A stretch of 63,307 bases of DNA, the filler included. It is 9 parts of 9 records of this genome, joined end to end, with 100 filler letters (N's around TTAATTAATTAA, not from the genome) between each part and the next. Parts side by side here need not be neighbours in the genome. Positions count along the whole stretch, not along the records: positions 1 to 14,136 come from SRR20825010_7102; positions 14,237 to 18,349 come from SRR20825010_7110; positions 18,450 to 34,790 come from SRR20825010_7115; 6 more parts are not named here. One strand, given 5' to 3'. Numbering within the stretch: position 1 is the first letter of the stretch; each line of letters opens with the position of its first letter. Shown piece after piece: positions 10,750 to 21,549 of the stretch. The translations under genes were made by a program, and so were the position numbers. Under the pieces are notes generated by a model, which ran no database searches, was not told the DNA's origin, and saw only the letters and a list, made by a program, of their open reading frames with translations.

Positions 10750-12273
10750 CTATACCGAAACCTGCGCATTCCGGGTCTGCTGCCGGTCCAGCTTGCGGTA
10801 ACTCAACGCCTCAACCAGATGGCCATTGCCAATGTGGTCGAGGCCGTCCAGGTCCGCCAGGGTCCGTGCCACCCGCAGGATGCGATGCAATGCCCTGGCA
10901 GAGAGCCCCAGCCGCTCCATGGCGGCGGATAACATGGCCTCGCCTGCTGCATCCACGCGGCAGTGCGTCTGCAGCTCACCGCCACTTAACGCGGCGTTTC
11001 CGGATCCTCGCTGCATTTGCCGCTCGCGGGCCTGATACACCCGGTCCCGCACAACCGTGCTGGACTCACCCCCACCGTCACGCTTCATCAGCACTTCCCC
11101 GCTCTGAACCGGCACTTCCACATGCAAATCGAACCGGTCCAACAGTGGCCCTGATATCTTTGCCCGATAACGGAGCACCTGCGGGGGTGTACACTGGCAC
11201 TCAATCGTCGGATGCCCCAGATAGCCACACGGGCACGGGTTCATGGCCGCCACGACCTGGAAACAGGCCGGGAAAGTCACCTGCCTTGCTGCGCGACTGA
11301 TGGCAATCTCGCCGGACTCCATGGGTTCCCGCAGCACTTCCAGCACCCGGCGCTCGAACTCTGGCAGTTCGTCGAGAAACAACACGCCGCGGTGCGCCAG
11401 GGAGATTTCTCCGGGGCGCGGACTGCTACCGCCACCCACCATGGCAACCGACGAGGCAGTATGATGGGGCGCGCGGTACGGCGGCCGGCTCCACTCTCCG
11501 TCCCGTACGGGAAGACCGGCCACGGAGTGGATGCTTGCTACCTCAAGCGCAGATTCGGTGGTTAGCGGTGGCAAAATACCCGGCAGACGGCTGGCGAGCA
11601 TGCTTTTACCAGTGCCCGGTGGACCAAACATCAGCAGGTTATGCCCGCCGGCGGCGGCGATTTCCAACGCCCGCCGCGGCACGCTCTGACCATGCACGTC
11701 CGCAAGGTCCGGACCGGCGTTCACGCCCGTGTCCGGCACCGCTGGCGCTACTGGGGAAATCCTTGCCCGATCACACAGGTGTTCGCAGACCGTCAGTAAA
11801 TGGCCGGCTGGCAACACATCGTCCTGACTGGCCAGTGCGGCTTCCGCGGCATTGGCCTGGGGGATCAGCAACCGACGCCCCTCGTTGCGAGCTGCCAGTA
11901 TCGCCGGGAGCACACCTTTCAACGGTCTCAGCGCACCATCCAGGGAAAGCTCTCCCACGCATTCATACTGTGCGAGGCTTTCCGCCGGAATCTGTCCGGA
12001 AGCGGCAAGAATGCCCAGGGCAATGGGGAGATCGAAGCGGCCGCCCTCCTTGGGCAGGTCCGCAGGAGCCAGATTGATGGTGATTCGGCGGGCGGGGAAT
12101 TCAAAGCCGGCGTTCATCAGCGCACTGCGAACACGCTCCCGGCTTTCACGAACCCCCGTTTCGGGGAGCCCGACGATGGACAGCGCCGGCAGGCCGCCTG
12201 ACAGGTGGACTTCAACGGTAACGGAGGGCGCTGAAACGCCAATACTGGCGCGGGTATGGACAACGGCAAACAT
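10750..12273 (-). CDS. comM: YifB/ComM Mg-chelatase-like AAA+ ATPase
   Basis: INLAPADLPKEG, GPPGTGKS, RAPHH, LFLDELPEF, NPCPCG. Confidence 0.93.
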   Translation of the reverse strand: MFAVVHTRASIGVSAPSVTVEVHLSGGLPALSIVGLPETGVRESRERVRSALMNAGFEFPARRITINLAPADLPKEGGRFDLPIALGILAASGQIPAESLAQYECVGELSLDGALRPLKGVLPAILAARNEGRRLLIPQANAAEAALASQDDVLPAGHLLTVCEHLCDRARISPVAPAVPDTGVNAGPDLADVHGQSVPRRALEIAAAGGHNLLMFGPPGTGKSMLASRLPGILPPLTTESALEVASIHSVAGLPVRDGEWSRPPYRAPHHTASSVAMVGGGSSPRPGEISLAHRGVLFLDELPEFERRVLEVLREPMESGEIAISRAARQVTFPACFQVVAAMNPCPCGYLGHPTIECQCTPPQVLRYRAKISGPLLDRFDLHVEVPVQSGEVLMKRDGGGESSTVVRDRVYQARERQMQRGSGNAALSGGELQTHCRVDAAGEAMLSAAMERLGLSARALHRILRVARTLADLDGLDHIGNGHLVEALSYRKLDRQQTRNAQVSV

Positions 12274-12332
12274 GACAACCTTCCATGGTTATAGGGAATA
12301 GCGGCTTGGCCGCCTGACGGGCGTCCTGCCTG

Positions 12333-12587
12333 TCAGCTACTCGGAAACTGCTTTTCCAGGTCAGCCACGCGCTTTTCCAGCGCTTCGACCTTTTCGCGGG
12401 TTTTCATCAGTACAGCTTGCTGGGCATCGAATTCTTCTCGGGTGACCAACTCAAGGCGCGACAGAACCGTCATCACTGTGGCGCGGGCCTGAGCTTCAAA
12501 GTCCTCACGGGCGGCACGGGCCATATCGGGAACGAACTGGCCGAACTGTCCCTGAAGCTGGGAAAAGAAATCCTGTGGACCTTTCAC
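12333..12587 (-). CDS. ubiK: Ubiquinone biosynthesis accessory factor UbiK (BMFP family)
   Basis: LELVTREEFDAQQAVL and C-terminal coiled coil; lies between comM and glnK. Confidence 0.9.
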   Translation of the reverse strand: MKGPQDFFSQLQGQFGQFVPDMARAAREDFEAQARATVMTVLSRLELVTREEFDAQQAVLMKTREKVEALEKRVADLEKQFPSS

Positions 12588-12754
12588 GAGTCACCTCTCA
12601 AAAATCACCGGTCAAAATCGCTGCGCTGGACTATACCTCGTCCTCGGCGGGCTTTTCGTCGTGCCTGAACGACGGTTCGGAGTGTAACACTAATGCCTCC
12701 CCTGCCATACTGTGGCCGTCGACAGTATAATGTGGCTCAGGCACCCCTAATGCT

Positions 12755-12814
12755 TGCACCGAGTTCGTGCATCATTATGGTTCGCCCAAGACAGACAAGC
12801 CCCGAAATGGTGCG
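12755..12814 (+). promoter_or_regulatory. Tandem NtrC enhancer sites
   Basis: TGCACCGAGTTCGTGCA (12755-12771) and AGCCCCGAAATGGTGCG (12798-12814) resemble TGCACC-N5-GGTGCA. Confidence 0.8.
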
Positions 12815-12878
12815 CCCTGACGATCCATTCTGGATCAACAGACAGCCAACTGTCTGATAGTTATATTATTTTTTGCGT

Positions 12879-12893
12879 TGGCACACCCGATGC
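12879..12893 (+). promoter_or_regulatory. Sigma-54 promoter of glnK-amtB
   Basis: TGGCACACCCGATGC, GG-N10-GC, preceded by an AT-rich tract. Confidence 0.85.
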
Positions 12894-12981
12894 TAAAAGC
12901 CTTGTACGCAATCCGCACAATTGGTGTGCGAGGTGGCAGCATCCCGACCTCAACAACGGGCCGAAGAGTTCCAGATGTTGA

Positions 12982-13344
<363 letters not shown>

Positions 13345-13416
13345 TCAAAGCCTGATCAACCAGACAGCCAACGCAAAAAATTTATAACTTGAAAAGCCTC
13401 GTGCGGAGGGCTTCAC

Positions 13417-14136
13417 ATGGAAAGCAATCTCAATCATATTTTTGAACTCCAGTATGCGCTGGATACCTTCTACTTCCTTATTTGCGGTGCCCTGGTCATG
13501 TGGATGGCCGCAGGCTTCTCAATGCTTGAAGCAGGCCTGGTACGTGCCAAGAACACCACTGAAATCCTGACCAAGAACGTCTCCCTGTTTGCCATTGCCT
13601 GCACGATGTACCTCATCTGCGGCTACGACATCATGTACGGTGGCGGTCTCTTCCTTAGCGGCGTTACCACGGTCGCTCAAATGGACGATGCGGCGATTGC
13701 CGGAGTCCTTGCTGCTTCCAACGAAGCCGGTTTTGGTGAGATGGGTGAATACGCCGGGGCTTCTGATTTCTTCTTCCAGGTTGTCTTCGTTGCAACCGCC
13801 ATGTCCATCGTTTCCGGTGCCGTGGCCGAGCGCATGAAGCTCTGGGCCTTCCTGGCTTTCGCCGTTGTCATGTGTGGCTTCATCTACCCGATGCAGGGCT
13901 CCTGGACCTGGAACGGCGATGCCGTATTCGGTATCTATGAGCTGAGCTACAGCGACTACGCAGGTTCTGGCATCGTACACATGGCGGGTGCCGCTGCGGC
14001 TCTGGCCGGTGTCCTGCTGCTGGGCGCCCGTAAAGGCAAGTACGGCGCGGATGGCCAGATCAAGGCCTTCCCTGGTGCCAACCTGCCGCTGGCGACTCTG
14101 GGCACCTTCATCCTGTGGATGGGCTGGTTCGGCTTC
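13417..14136 (+). CDS. amtB: Ammonium transporter (truncated at contig end)
   Basis: GFSMLEAG, SGAVAER, DYAGSGIVH, LWMGWFGF. Confidence 0.95.
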
Positions 14137-14236
14137 NNNNNNNNNNNNNNNNNNNNNNNNNNNNNNNNNNNNNNNNNNNNTTAATTAATTAANNNNNNNN
14201 NNNNNNNNNNNNNNNNNNNNNNNNNNNNNNNNNNNN
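14137..14236. other. Artificial contig linker (first of eight)
   Basis: N44-TTAATTAATTAA-N44; identical at 18350-18449, 34791-34890, 38141-38240, 42629-42728, 48700-48799, 52497-52596, 58451-58550. Confidence 0.99.
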
Positions 14237-15292
14237 CTACTAAGTGGCGTTTCCAATCCTGAAGATAAAATAAGTCGTGTTTTTTCATATGTTTTGAATA
14301 AAATGAATTGGAACGGTTATAACGGTTACTATTCAAACGAAGGGCTTAAATCTGCATATAAAAAAGGTTCTGGTAATGTAGCAGACATTAATTTAATGTT
14401 GGTAGCCATGTTGCGTCATGCAAACCTTGATGCAAATCCTGTATTAGTTAGTACAAAAAAACATGGTATCCCTTTGTTTCCGACGCGTAACGGCTTTAAT
14501 TATGTTATTGCAGCGGTAGATCTTCCTTCAGGAACGTTACTATTAGATGCAACCAATAAAGATGCTGAGATTGGAGTTTTAAAGTCGAATATATTAAACT
14601 GGCAAGGGCGTGTTATTAAGAGAGATGGCACTTCTGGTTGGGTTTCTTTAAGCTCAATTATTCCTGCGGTACAAAGTTCAATGGTAAATGCAGAAATTAA
14701 GCCAGATATGTCTATTTCAGGAAAAAATCAAAGCAGATTTACAGGAAATTATGCATTTAAATATAGGTCGGAATATAAAAGTTTGAATGAAGATGCACAG
14801 CGTAAAGCATTAGAAAAAGATACTGACCAAACAGAACTTGCTAATGTAAGTTTTGAAAATTTGAGCACGCTCGGTAAACCAGTTTCCTTACAATATGATT
14901 TTGAGTCATTAGATGCTGTAGAAAATGTAGCGGGCAAATTATATTTTTCACCATTGGTTTTTATGGCCACCAAGGAAACACCTTTTAAGCCAGATACGCG
15001 CCAGTATCCTATTGATTATGGATTCCCAATCAAGAATCGATATATTGTAAACATTGCTTTGCCTGAAGGATATGTTGTGGAGTCAATGCCCGAAAACGCA
15101 GTTTTTAATTTAGGTGAAAACGTGGGAAGTTACCGTTATTTAATTTCACAAGTAGGGAATAAATTGCAACTTTCAGTTGAGTTTTCAATAAATAAATCAT
15201 TTATTGCTGCTGAAGAATATGGGAATTTGAAAAAATTCTATGAACTTTTAATTGCGAAGGAAAACGAAAAAGTAATTCTTTCAAAAGCATAA
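14237..15292 (+). CDS. Transglutaminase-like (DUF3857/DUF3858-type) protein, 5' truncated
   Basis: GNVADINLML, NPVLVST, FNYVI, LLDAT, RQYPIDYGFP typical of the Bacteroidota family. Confidence 0.75.
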   Translation, partial: LLSGVSNPEDKISRVFSYVLNKMNWNGYNGYYSNEGLKSAYKKGSGNVADINLMLVAMLRHANLDANPVLVSTKKHGIPLFPTRNGFNYVIAAVDLPSGTLLLDATNKDAEIGVLKSNILNWQGRVIKRDGTSGWVSLSSIIPAVQSSMVNAEIKPDMSISGKNQSRFTGNYAFKYRSEYKSLNEDAQRKALEKDTDQTELANVSFENLSTLGKPVSLQYDFESLDAVENVAGKLYFSPLVFMATKETPFKPDTRQYPIDYGFPIKNRYIVNIALPEGYVVESMPENAVFNLGENVGSYRYLISQVGNKLQLSVEFSINKSFIAAEEYGNLKKFYELLIAKENEKVILSKA

Positions 15293-15618
15293 TGGATCTA
15301 AAAAACGCACAATTAGCAGTTGATACTTGGATAAAGGAACACGGTGTTCGTTACTTTAATGAACTCACAAATATGGCGCAACTTACAGAAGAAGTAGGTG
15401 AAGTTGCACGTATTATTGCCCGACGCTATGGCGAGCAAAGTGAAAAGGAATCAGACAAAGATAAAGATTTGGGCGAAGAGCTTGCAGATGTTATTTTTGT
15501 AGTTTTATGCCTAGCAAACCAAACAGGAATAGATTTAGAAAAGGCTTTTGAAAAGAAACTTGATCTAAAAACCAAACGTGACCACGATAGGCATCACGGA
15601 AATAAAAAGCTAAAATAA
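15292..15618 (+). CDS. MazG-like nucleotide pyrophosphohydrolase
   Basis: LTEEVGEVAR ... GEELADV motifs. Confidence 0.9.
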   Translation: MDLKNAQLAVDTWIKEHGVRYFNELTNMAQLTEEVGEVARIIARRYGEQSEKESDKDKDLGEELADVIFVVLCLANQTGIDLEKAFEKKLDLKTKRDHDRHHGNKKLK

Positions 15619-15861
15619 ATGTTTAAAAAAGTTATAAATACAAAAGGATTTTGGAAATCAGTATGTTTTTTAGCAATTGCTTTTGCAGTAGTTTTTGCAC
15701 TCATTAAATGGGCAATTGAAGGGTTTTCATTGGCATATTTCACTGAAAGAAATCCACTAATGTTTATAGCCACGTTATTATTAGCAGGCTTTGTATATGG
15801 CTTTTTTGTGACTTTCGGAAAGTTTAAATCAAAGCTCAGTGAAAAAGAATCAAGGCGATGA
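15619..15861 (+). CDS. Small hypothetical membrane protein
   Basis: Two hydrophobic helices, tightly coupled to its neighbours. Confidence 0.7.
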   Translation: MFKKVINTKGFWKSVCFLAIAFAVVFALIKWAIEGFSLAYFTERNPLMFIATLLLAGFVYGFFVTFGKFKSKLSEKESRR

Positions 15862-17090
15862 AAGCCATTCTAAAATCTGGAGTTTCTCCAAGCAAAACGA
15901 TAAACATTAACATAAGCGGTTCAAAAAGTGAATCGAATAGAATGCTGATTCTTCAAGCTCAATTTCCGAATATTTCAATTAAAAATATATCTGAAAGCGA
16001 CGATACAAAAGTATTACAGGAAGGTATTAAAACCTTTAATGGCACTGTAGATGTGCATCACGCAGGTACAGCAATGCGTTTTCTTACTGCATATTTTGCA
16101 GCAAAAAAAGGTGCTCAAATAACGCTTACGGGGAGTAAACGTATGCAGGAAAGACCGGTTGGAATTTTAGTAGATGCGCTAAAAAGTTTGGGTGCTGATA
16201 TTGAATACCTTAAAAATGAAGGTTTTCCACCATTAAAAATAACAGGAACAACACTTGAAAAAAGTGAGGTGAAAATTAAAGCTGATGTTAGCAGTCAATA
16301 TATTTCAGCATTAATGCTAGTTGCTCCAATGCTTCCCAACGGACTTCGTATTATTTTGGAAGGAAAAACAACATCGATTCCATATATTGAAATGACGCTT
16401 TCTCTTTTAAAGCAGCTTGGAATTAGTGGTGATTTCAACAACAATGAAATAATAATCCCGGCTACAAAAACGATAGAAAATACAACTTTGATTGTAGAAT
16501 CAGACTGGAGTTCGGCTTCCTATTTTTATAGTTTAGTTTCACTTTCAGAAAATTTAAAAATGGTTCTTGGAAGTTTTTCAGGAGCAAGTTTGCAAGGCGA
16601 TTCCGCTTTGGTTCAAATTTATGAAGCTTTAGGAGTGCAAACCGTTTTTAATGATTCAGACAAGACTATTTCGCTTTCTAAAAAACATACAGCCTTGCCA
16701 GATACCTTAATGCTTAACTTGGCTAACACTCCAGATTTGGCGCAAACCATTGCCGTAAGCTGTTTTGGATTGGGCATTGGTTGTAATCTTTCAGGACTTC
16801 ACACCTTAAAAATTAAAGAAACTGATAGACTTTTGGCTTTAAAAAACGAGTTAGAGAAGTTAGGTGCTAAAATTCAAGTGGATGACAGTACTTTAATTCT
16901 TCAAAAAGCAACAAAAATGAATGCAGCTGTGTCTGTTGAAACATATCAAGACCACCGAATGGCAATGGCTTTTGCGCCGCTTGCAGTAAAAACAAGCATT
17001 TTTATAAATGCAGCTGAGGTGGTTTCAAAATCGTACCCTAATTTTTGGAACGACCTTCAAAAAACAGGTGTCTCTTGTGAATTTTTGTAG
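15858..17090 (+). CDS. aroA: EPSP synthase
   Basis: SGSKSESNR, AGTAMRF, SSQYISAL, KETDR, DHRMAM, KSYP. Confidence 0.96.
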   Translation: MKAILKSGVSPSKTININISGSKSESNRMLILQAQFPNISIKNISESDDTKVLQEGIKTFNGTVDVHHAGTAMRFLTAYFAAKKGAQITLTGSKRMQERPVGILVDALKSLGADIEYLKNEGFPPLKITGTTLEKSEVKIKADVSSQYISALMLVAPMLPNGLRIILEGKTTSIPYIEMTLSLLKQLGISGDFNNNEIIIPATKTIENTTLIVESDWSSASYFYSLVSLSENLKMVLGSFSGASLQGDSALVQIYEALGVQTVFNDSDKTISLSKKHTALPDTLMLNLANTPDLAQTIAVSCFGLGIGCNLSGLHTLKIKETDRLLALKNELEKLGAKIQVDDSTLILQKATKMNAAVSVETYQDHRMAMAFAPLAVKTSIFINAAEVVSKSYPNFWNDLQKTGVSCEFL

Positions 17091-17252
17091 TTATTTACCC
17101 CAAATATGTAATTGTAAGAAGCTTGAGTACAATTAAAACTCATGTTTTGAGGATTCCTGAGTGAAATAAACCTTCATTTACTTGACAACGCCTATTCTGA
17201 GGTTGTATATTTGCAGCCTTTTAAAAATATAAAGACACGACGAATTATGGGA

Positions 17253-18302
17253 ATGAAACTTTCAAACTTCAGCTTTAATCTTCCAGAGGAATTATTGGCA
17301 GAATATCCAGCTCCAAATAGAGATGAATCACGTTTAATGGTTCTAAACCGAAAGGAAAAAACCATTGAGCACAAAACTTTTAAAGATCTTATTGATTATT
17401 TTGAGGAGGATGACGTATTAGTAACAAATAACACCAAAGTTTTCCCTGCACGTTTATTCGGAAATAAAGAAAAAACAGGTGCGCGTATTGAAGTTTTTCT
17501 TTTGAGAGAATTAAATTCTGAAACTCGTCTTTGGGATGTTTTAGTAGATCCAGCACGAAAAATTAGAATTGGTAATAAGTTGTATTTTGGTGATGATGAA
17601 ACATTGGTGGCTGAGGTTATCGACAATACAACATCTCGTGGAAGAACACTACGTTTTCTTTTTGATGGTTCGTATGAAGAGTTTCGTAATAAATTAACTG
17701 AACTTGGAGAAACGCCACTTCCTAAATACATAAAAAGAGAGGTAGAGCCTGAAGATGCAGATCGTTATCAAACTATTTTTGCTAAAAATGAAGGCGCTGT
17801 TGCGGCACCAACTGCAGGATTGCATTTTTCAAAGCATTTATTGAAACGTCTTGAAATTAAAGGTGTAAACGTTGCTGAGGTTACACTTCACGTAGGTTTA
17901 GGTACTTTTAGCTCTGTGGAAGTTGAAGATCTTTCAAAACACAAAATGGATTCTGAAGAAATGAGTATCGATCAAAAAGCGGTAGATATTATTAATACAG
18001 GAATTCAAAGAAAAAAACGGGTATGTGCTGTTGGTACAACTGCAATGCGTGCTTTGGAAAGTTCAGTTTCTTCAAACCATTCATTAAATACTTTTTCAGG
18101 ATGGACTAATAAATTTATTTTTCCTCCGTATGATTTTAGTATTGCAAACGCAATGGTTACAAATTTCCATACGCCAAAGTCTACTTTATTGATGATGGTT
18201 TCAGCATTTGCTGGACACGATTTTATTAAAGAAGCGTATGCCGAAGCAATTAAAGAAAAGTACAGGTTTTACACCTACGGAGATGCAATGTTGATTATCT
18301 AA
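17253..18302 (+). CDS. queA: SAM:tRNA ribosyltransferase-isomerase
   Basis: [37 protein letters not shown]; Bacteroidota -7 motif TATATTTG at 17206. Confidence 0.96.
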   Translation: MKLSNFSFNLPEELLAEYPAPNRDESRLMVLNRKEKTIEHKTFKDLIDYFEEDDVLVTNNTKVFPARLFGNKEKTGARIEVFLLRELNSETRLWDVLVDPARKIRIGNKLYFGDDETLVAEVIDNTTSRGRTLRFLFDGSYEEFRNKLTELGETPLPKYIKREVEPEDADRYQTIFAKNEGAVAAPTAGLHFSKHLLKRLEIKGVNVAEVTLHVGLGTFSSVEVEDLSKHKMDSEEMSIDQKAVDIINTGIQRKKRVCAVGTTAMRALESSVSSNHSLNTFSGWTNKFIFPPYDFSIANAMVTNFHTPKSTLLMMVSAFAGHDFIKEAYAEAIKEKYRFYTYGDAMLII

Positions 18303-18321
18303 AACAACAAAACTTATTTAT

Positions 18322-18349
18322 AAAAAATCCCGATATATCGGGATTTTTT
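18322..18349 (+). terminator. Intrinsic terminator after queA
   Basis: AAAAAATCCCGATATATCGGGATTTTTT palindrome. Confidence 0.85.
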
Positions 18350-18449
18350 NNNNNNNNNNNNNNNNNNNNNNNNNNNNNNNNNNNNNNNNNNNNTTAATTA
18401 ATTAANNNNNNNNNNNNNNNNNNNNNNNNNNNNNNNNNNNNNNNNNNNN

Positions 18450-18834
18450 CGAAGATCTTACGCGTGCCGTGCTTGAAGGAGTTGCTTTTGGCTTGCGCGA
18501 CAGTTTTGAGGCATTGACTGCAACCAACGCCAGACTCAAGCAACTCATTGCCATAGGAGGAGGCTCCGCATCTCGCTACTGGATAGAGCTGATAGCCACC
18601 GTCCTCGGCGTTCCCCTGGCTCTTCCAAAAAGTGGCGAATTTGGTGCGGCTCTGGGTGCCGCAAGGCTTGGCATCGCCGCCGCAACCGGTGCCACTGCTG
18701 ACAGAATCATGTCCATCCCGGAAGTGCATGAAACCATTGATCCGAATGAAAGTTTGCGATCTGCATTCGACGTTGCCTATCAAAACTTCCGCAAGGCCTA
18801 TCCGCTCATAAAAGCCTGCCAGCAGCACTCATAA
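18450..18834 (+). CDS. xylB: Xylulokinase C-terminus (FGGY family), 5' truncated
   Basis: RAVLEGVAF, AIGGGSAS, GAALGAARL. Confidence 0.8.
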
Positions 18835-18941
18835 CGCGGTTTGAACACGACAGAGGATTTTTCGAAAACGGGGTTCATTTTGGGAAGACTACTTTCACAA
18901 AGTTATCATCTGCCTCTTAACACCCCGCCAAGAACCTCACC

Positions 18942-19709
18942 TTAAATCCACCCCTTCTGCCACCCCAAGCCGACCGACAGTCGCTCTGCCGAAGACGTTA
19001 CCAGACGGATTATATGTTCAAGTTCGGAATCATGCGTTCGGAACGCAGGTGCCGCAACGTTCAGGGCTGCAATTGCCGATCCGTCCATAGCGAATACAGG
19101 TGCTGCAATCGAGACCAGTTGATCGCTTACCTCGCCCCTGCTGAGACAATAACGCTGCTGTTGAATTTTCGATAGTTCAGCAAGGATAGCGCCACGCGTC
19201 CCCAAAGAGTTGGATGTGAATTTCTCCGGCTTTGCCGGCACACATCTTTCAATCGTTTCTCGGGGCTGAAAGGCCAAAAGAGCCTTCGGCGACCCGGCAT
19301 AAAGCGGACGGCGGCGTCCCACCACCGCATGCACACGCAGATCGCGAGATGGCTCGCATTTCGCGATACAAAGAGCTTCGTTGCCATCAAGTATTCTTAG
19401 CTGAACGGTCTCGTTCACCCGCTGGCATAATTCCTCCAGAATGGGGTTAGCCAGTTTAACCAGATCGATTTGCGAACTTGCCGTGATTCCGAGTACCAAC
19501 ATCGAATTTCCAAGCCGATAACCGTTCTCCTTATCCCGAATTACCACTTGGCGCTGTTCCATTGTATGCAACAAACGGAATGCTCTCGACTTTGTTAAGG
19601 CAGTTTTTTTAGCTAGATCGGTCACACCAGAATGTGGATACCGAGCAACAGCCATCAAAAGATCGAACGCCTTACTAACTGATTCTACTTGATAATTTTC
19701 ATTAACCAT
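18942..19709 (-). CDS. IclR family transcriptional regulator
   Basis: N-terminal HTH (SVSKAFDLL...KSRAFRLL), NETVQL, SIAAPVF; divergent from the transport operon. Confidence 0.92.
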   Translation of the reverse strand: MVNENYQVESVSKAFDLLMAVARYPHSGVTDLAKKTALTKSRAFRLLHTMEQRQVVIRDKENGYRLGNSMLVLGITASSQIDLVKLANPILEELCQRVNETVQLRILDGNEALCIAKCEPSRDLRVHAVVGRRRPLYAGSPKALLAFQPRETIERCVPAKPEKFTSNSLGTRGAILAELSKIQQQRYCLSRGEVSDQLVSIAAPVFAMDGSAIAALNVAAPAFRTHDSELEHIIRLVTSSAERLSVGLGWQKGWI

Positions 19710-19842
19710 TGAACGTCCCTCTTCGAAATTCAAAGTCATATTTTGTGTATCACAGAGCGAAACTCATAGAAAATAAATTTGACACAATACAAATACGTTT
19801 CTCATCATGCCTCCACGAGATCCGCTCTCGAGCATGTATAAA

Positions 19843-21483
19843 ACAAAAATAAAACACCCATCGAACTCCAGCCAATCAGGGAGCCACCTAGTGCTTTATT
19901 CACTGACACGACGTGCCTTAACGGGCTCGGTAATCGCACTTTTTGCAACATCGGCAGTTCCAGCCATTGCGCAAGAAGACACCACACTTTCTATCGGGAT
20001 GGCTGCCGTCATCACCTCGCTTGATCCGCACGAAGATTCAAATTCCCCCAACAACGCCACCAGCCGCCATATCTATGACAGCCTCATCAACCGGGGCGGA
20101 TCGGCTGAAAACAAACCGCAACTCGCGACTTCATGGGAGGTGCTCGACAGTACCCACTGGCGCTTCACACTTCGTGAAGGCGTCAAATTCCATGACGGTT
20201 CGACCTTTGGATCGGAAGACGTTGTTGCTTCCTTGCTCCGTGCACGTGACAAGGAAAGCAAGGCCTTTGCCTCTTACACCCGCAATATCGCGAAAGTGAC
20301 GGCAGACGGCCCAAATGCCGTCATCGTCGAGACCACTGTCGCAGATCCGATGATCCTGAACTCGCTGAGCCGTATCCGCATCATCAGCTCTGACTATGCA
20401 GATGCCGGTGTCGCTGATTTCGAAAACGGAAAAGCTGCAACAGGTACCGGCCCCTTCAAGTTTGCTTCCTACACTCCAGGGGACCGGATCGAGTTGGACC
20501 GCAATGATGACTATTTTGCAGGCCCCTCAGAATGGTCCCATGTCACAATCCGCATGGTTCCCGACAATGGCGGTCGTCTGGCATCTTTGCTTGCCGGTGA
20601 TCTCGACCTGATTGAAGCTTTGCCCGCAGAAGGTGTTGATCGCGTGGAAAGCAGTGATGGCATGCACATCATTCGCGGACAATCGACCCGTCTTGTATAT
20701 CTTGGCATGGACGTAGCTCGCGATCAGACGCCGTTCTTAACAGCAAAGGATGGCTCGGCACTTGAGACCAATCCGCTCAAGGACAAGCGCGTTCGCAAAG
20801 CGCTTCTTATGGCGATCAATCGTGATGCGATCGTTGATCGCGTAATGCGCAAAAACGGGACTGTTGCCGATCAGTTTGTTGCCAAAGGCTTTTTCGGTCA
20901 TTCTGAAGAAGTTGAAAAAGTCGCCTATGACCCGGAAGGCGCGCGCAAATTGCTGGCCGATGCTGGTTATCCGGACGGCTTTGCCATGACCATTCACGGC
21001 CCGTCTGGCCGCTATGTCAATGACAGCGAAGTCCTGCAGGCAGCCGGCCAGATGTTCTCGCGCATCGGCATTGACACCAAGGTCGAAGTCCTGCCGTGGT
21101 CGGTTTATTCCAACAAATACTCGGACGGTGAATATTCGCTGTTCCTGGGATCATGGGGCGTAAATACGGGCGAAGTATCCAATCCAGCTCTCGCCATCGT
21201 TGCCGGTCGCGATGCCGAAAAAGGTACCGGGCGTTATAACGGCAGCGGTATCAATATCCCGGAAGTTAATGCTTTGCTTGATGAAGCCACATCAACTTTG
21301 GAAGAAGCAGCACGCGAGCCGCTTTTGAAGGAAGTGTCAAAGCTGGTTTTCAACGATAACTGGTTGCTTCCGATGCACTACGAAAACGTGGTCATGGGCG
21401 CGAAATCCAATATCAGCTACAAGCCGCGTGGCGATAAATACACGCTGGCCTATGAAGTCCACAATTCCGCAAAAACGGAATAA
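19843..21483 (+). CDS. ABC peptide-family substrate-binding protein (DppA-like)
   Basis: SLDPH, FTLREGVKFHDG, GTGPF, RKLLADAGYPDG; signal with TRR; start codon uncertain (19807/19843). Confidence 0.9.
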   Translation, partial: TKIKHPSNSSQSGSHLVLYSLTRRALTGSVIALFATSAVPAIAQEDTTLSIGMAAVITSLDPHEDSNSPNNATSRHIYDSLINRGGSAENKPQLATSWEVLDSTHWRFTLREGVKFHDGSTFGSEDVVASLLRARDKESKAFASYTRNIAKVTADGPNAVIVETTVADPMILNSLSRIRIISSDYADAGVADFENGKAATGTGPFKFASYTPGDRIELDRNDDYFAGPSEWSHVTIRMVPDNGGRLASLLAGDLDLIEALPAEGVDRVESSDGMHIIRGQSTRLVYLGMDVARDQTPFLTAKDGSALETNPLKDKRVRKALLMAINRDAIVDRVMRKNGTVADQFVAKGFFGHSEEVEKVAYDPEGARKLLADAGYPDGFAMTIHGPSGRYVNDSEVLQAAGQMFSRIGIDTKVEVLPWSVYSNKYSDGEYSLFLGSWGVNTGEVSNPALAIVAGRDAEKGTGRYNGSGINIPEVNALLDEATSTLEEAAREPLLKEVSKLVFNDNWLLPMHYENVVMGAKSNISYKPRGDKYTLAYEVHNSAKTE

Positions 21484-21549
21484 AGCGAGACCCCGGGGGT
21501 GCCCTTGCACCCCCGATGTCCCGAAGACGATTTCCCCACGGAGACAAAA

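Noticed and set aside
14181-14192. TTAATTAATTAA repeated eight times
   Set aside because: Always embedded in identical N runs; a synthetic linker with stops in all frames, not a biological repeat
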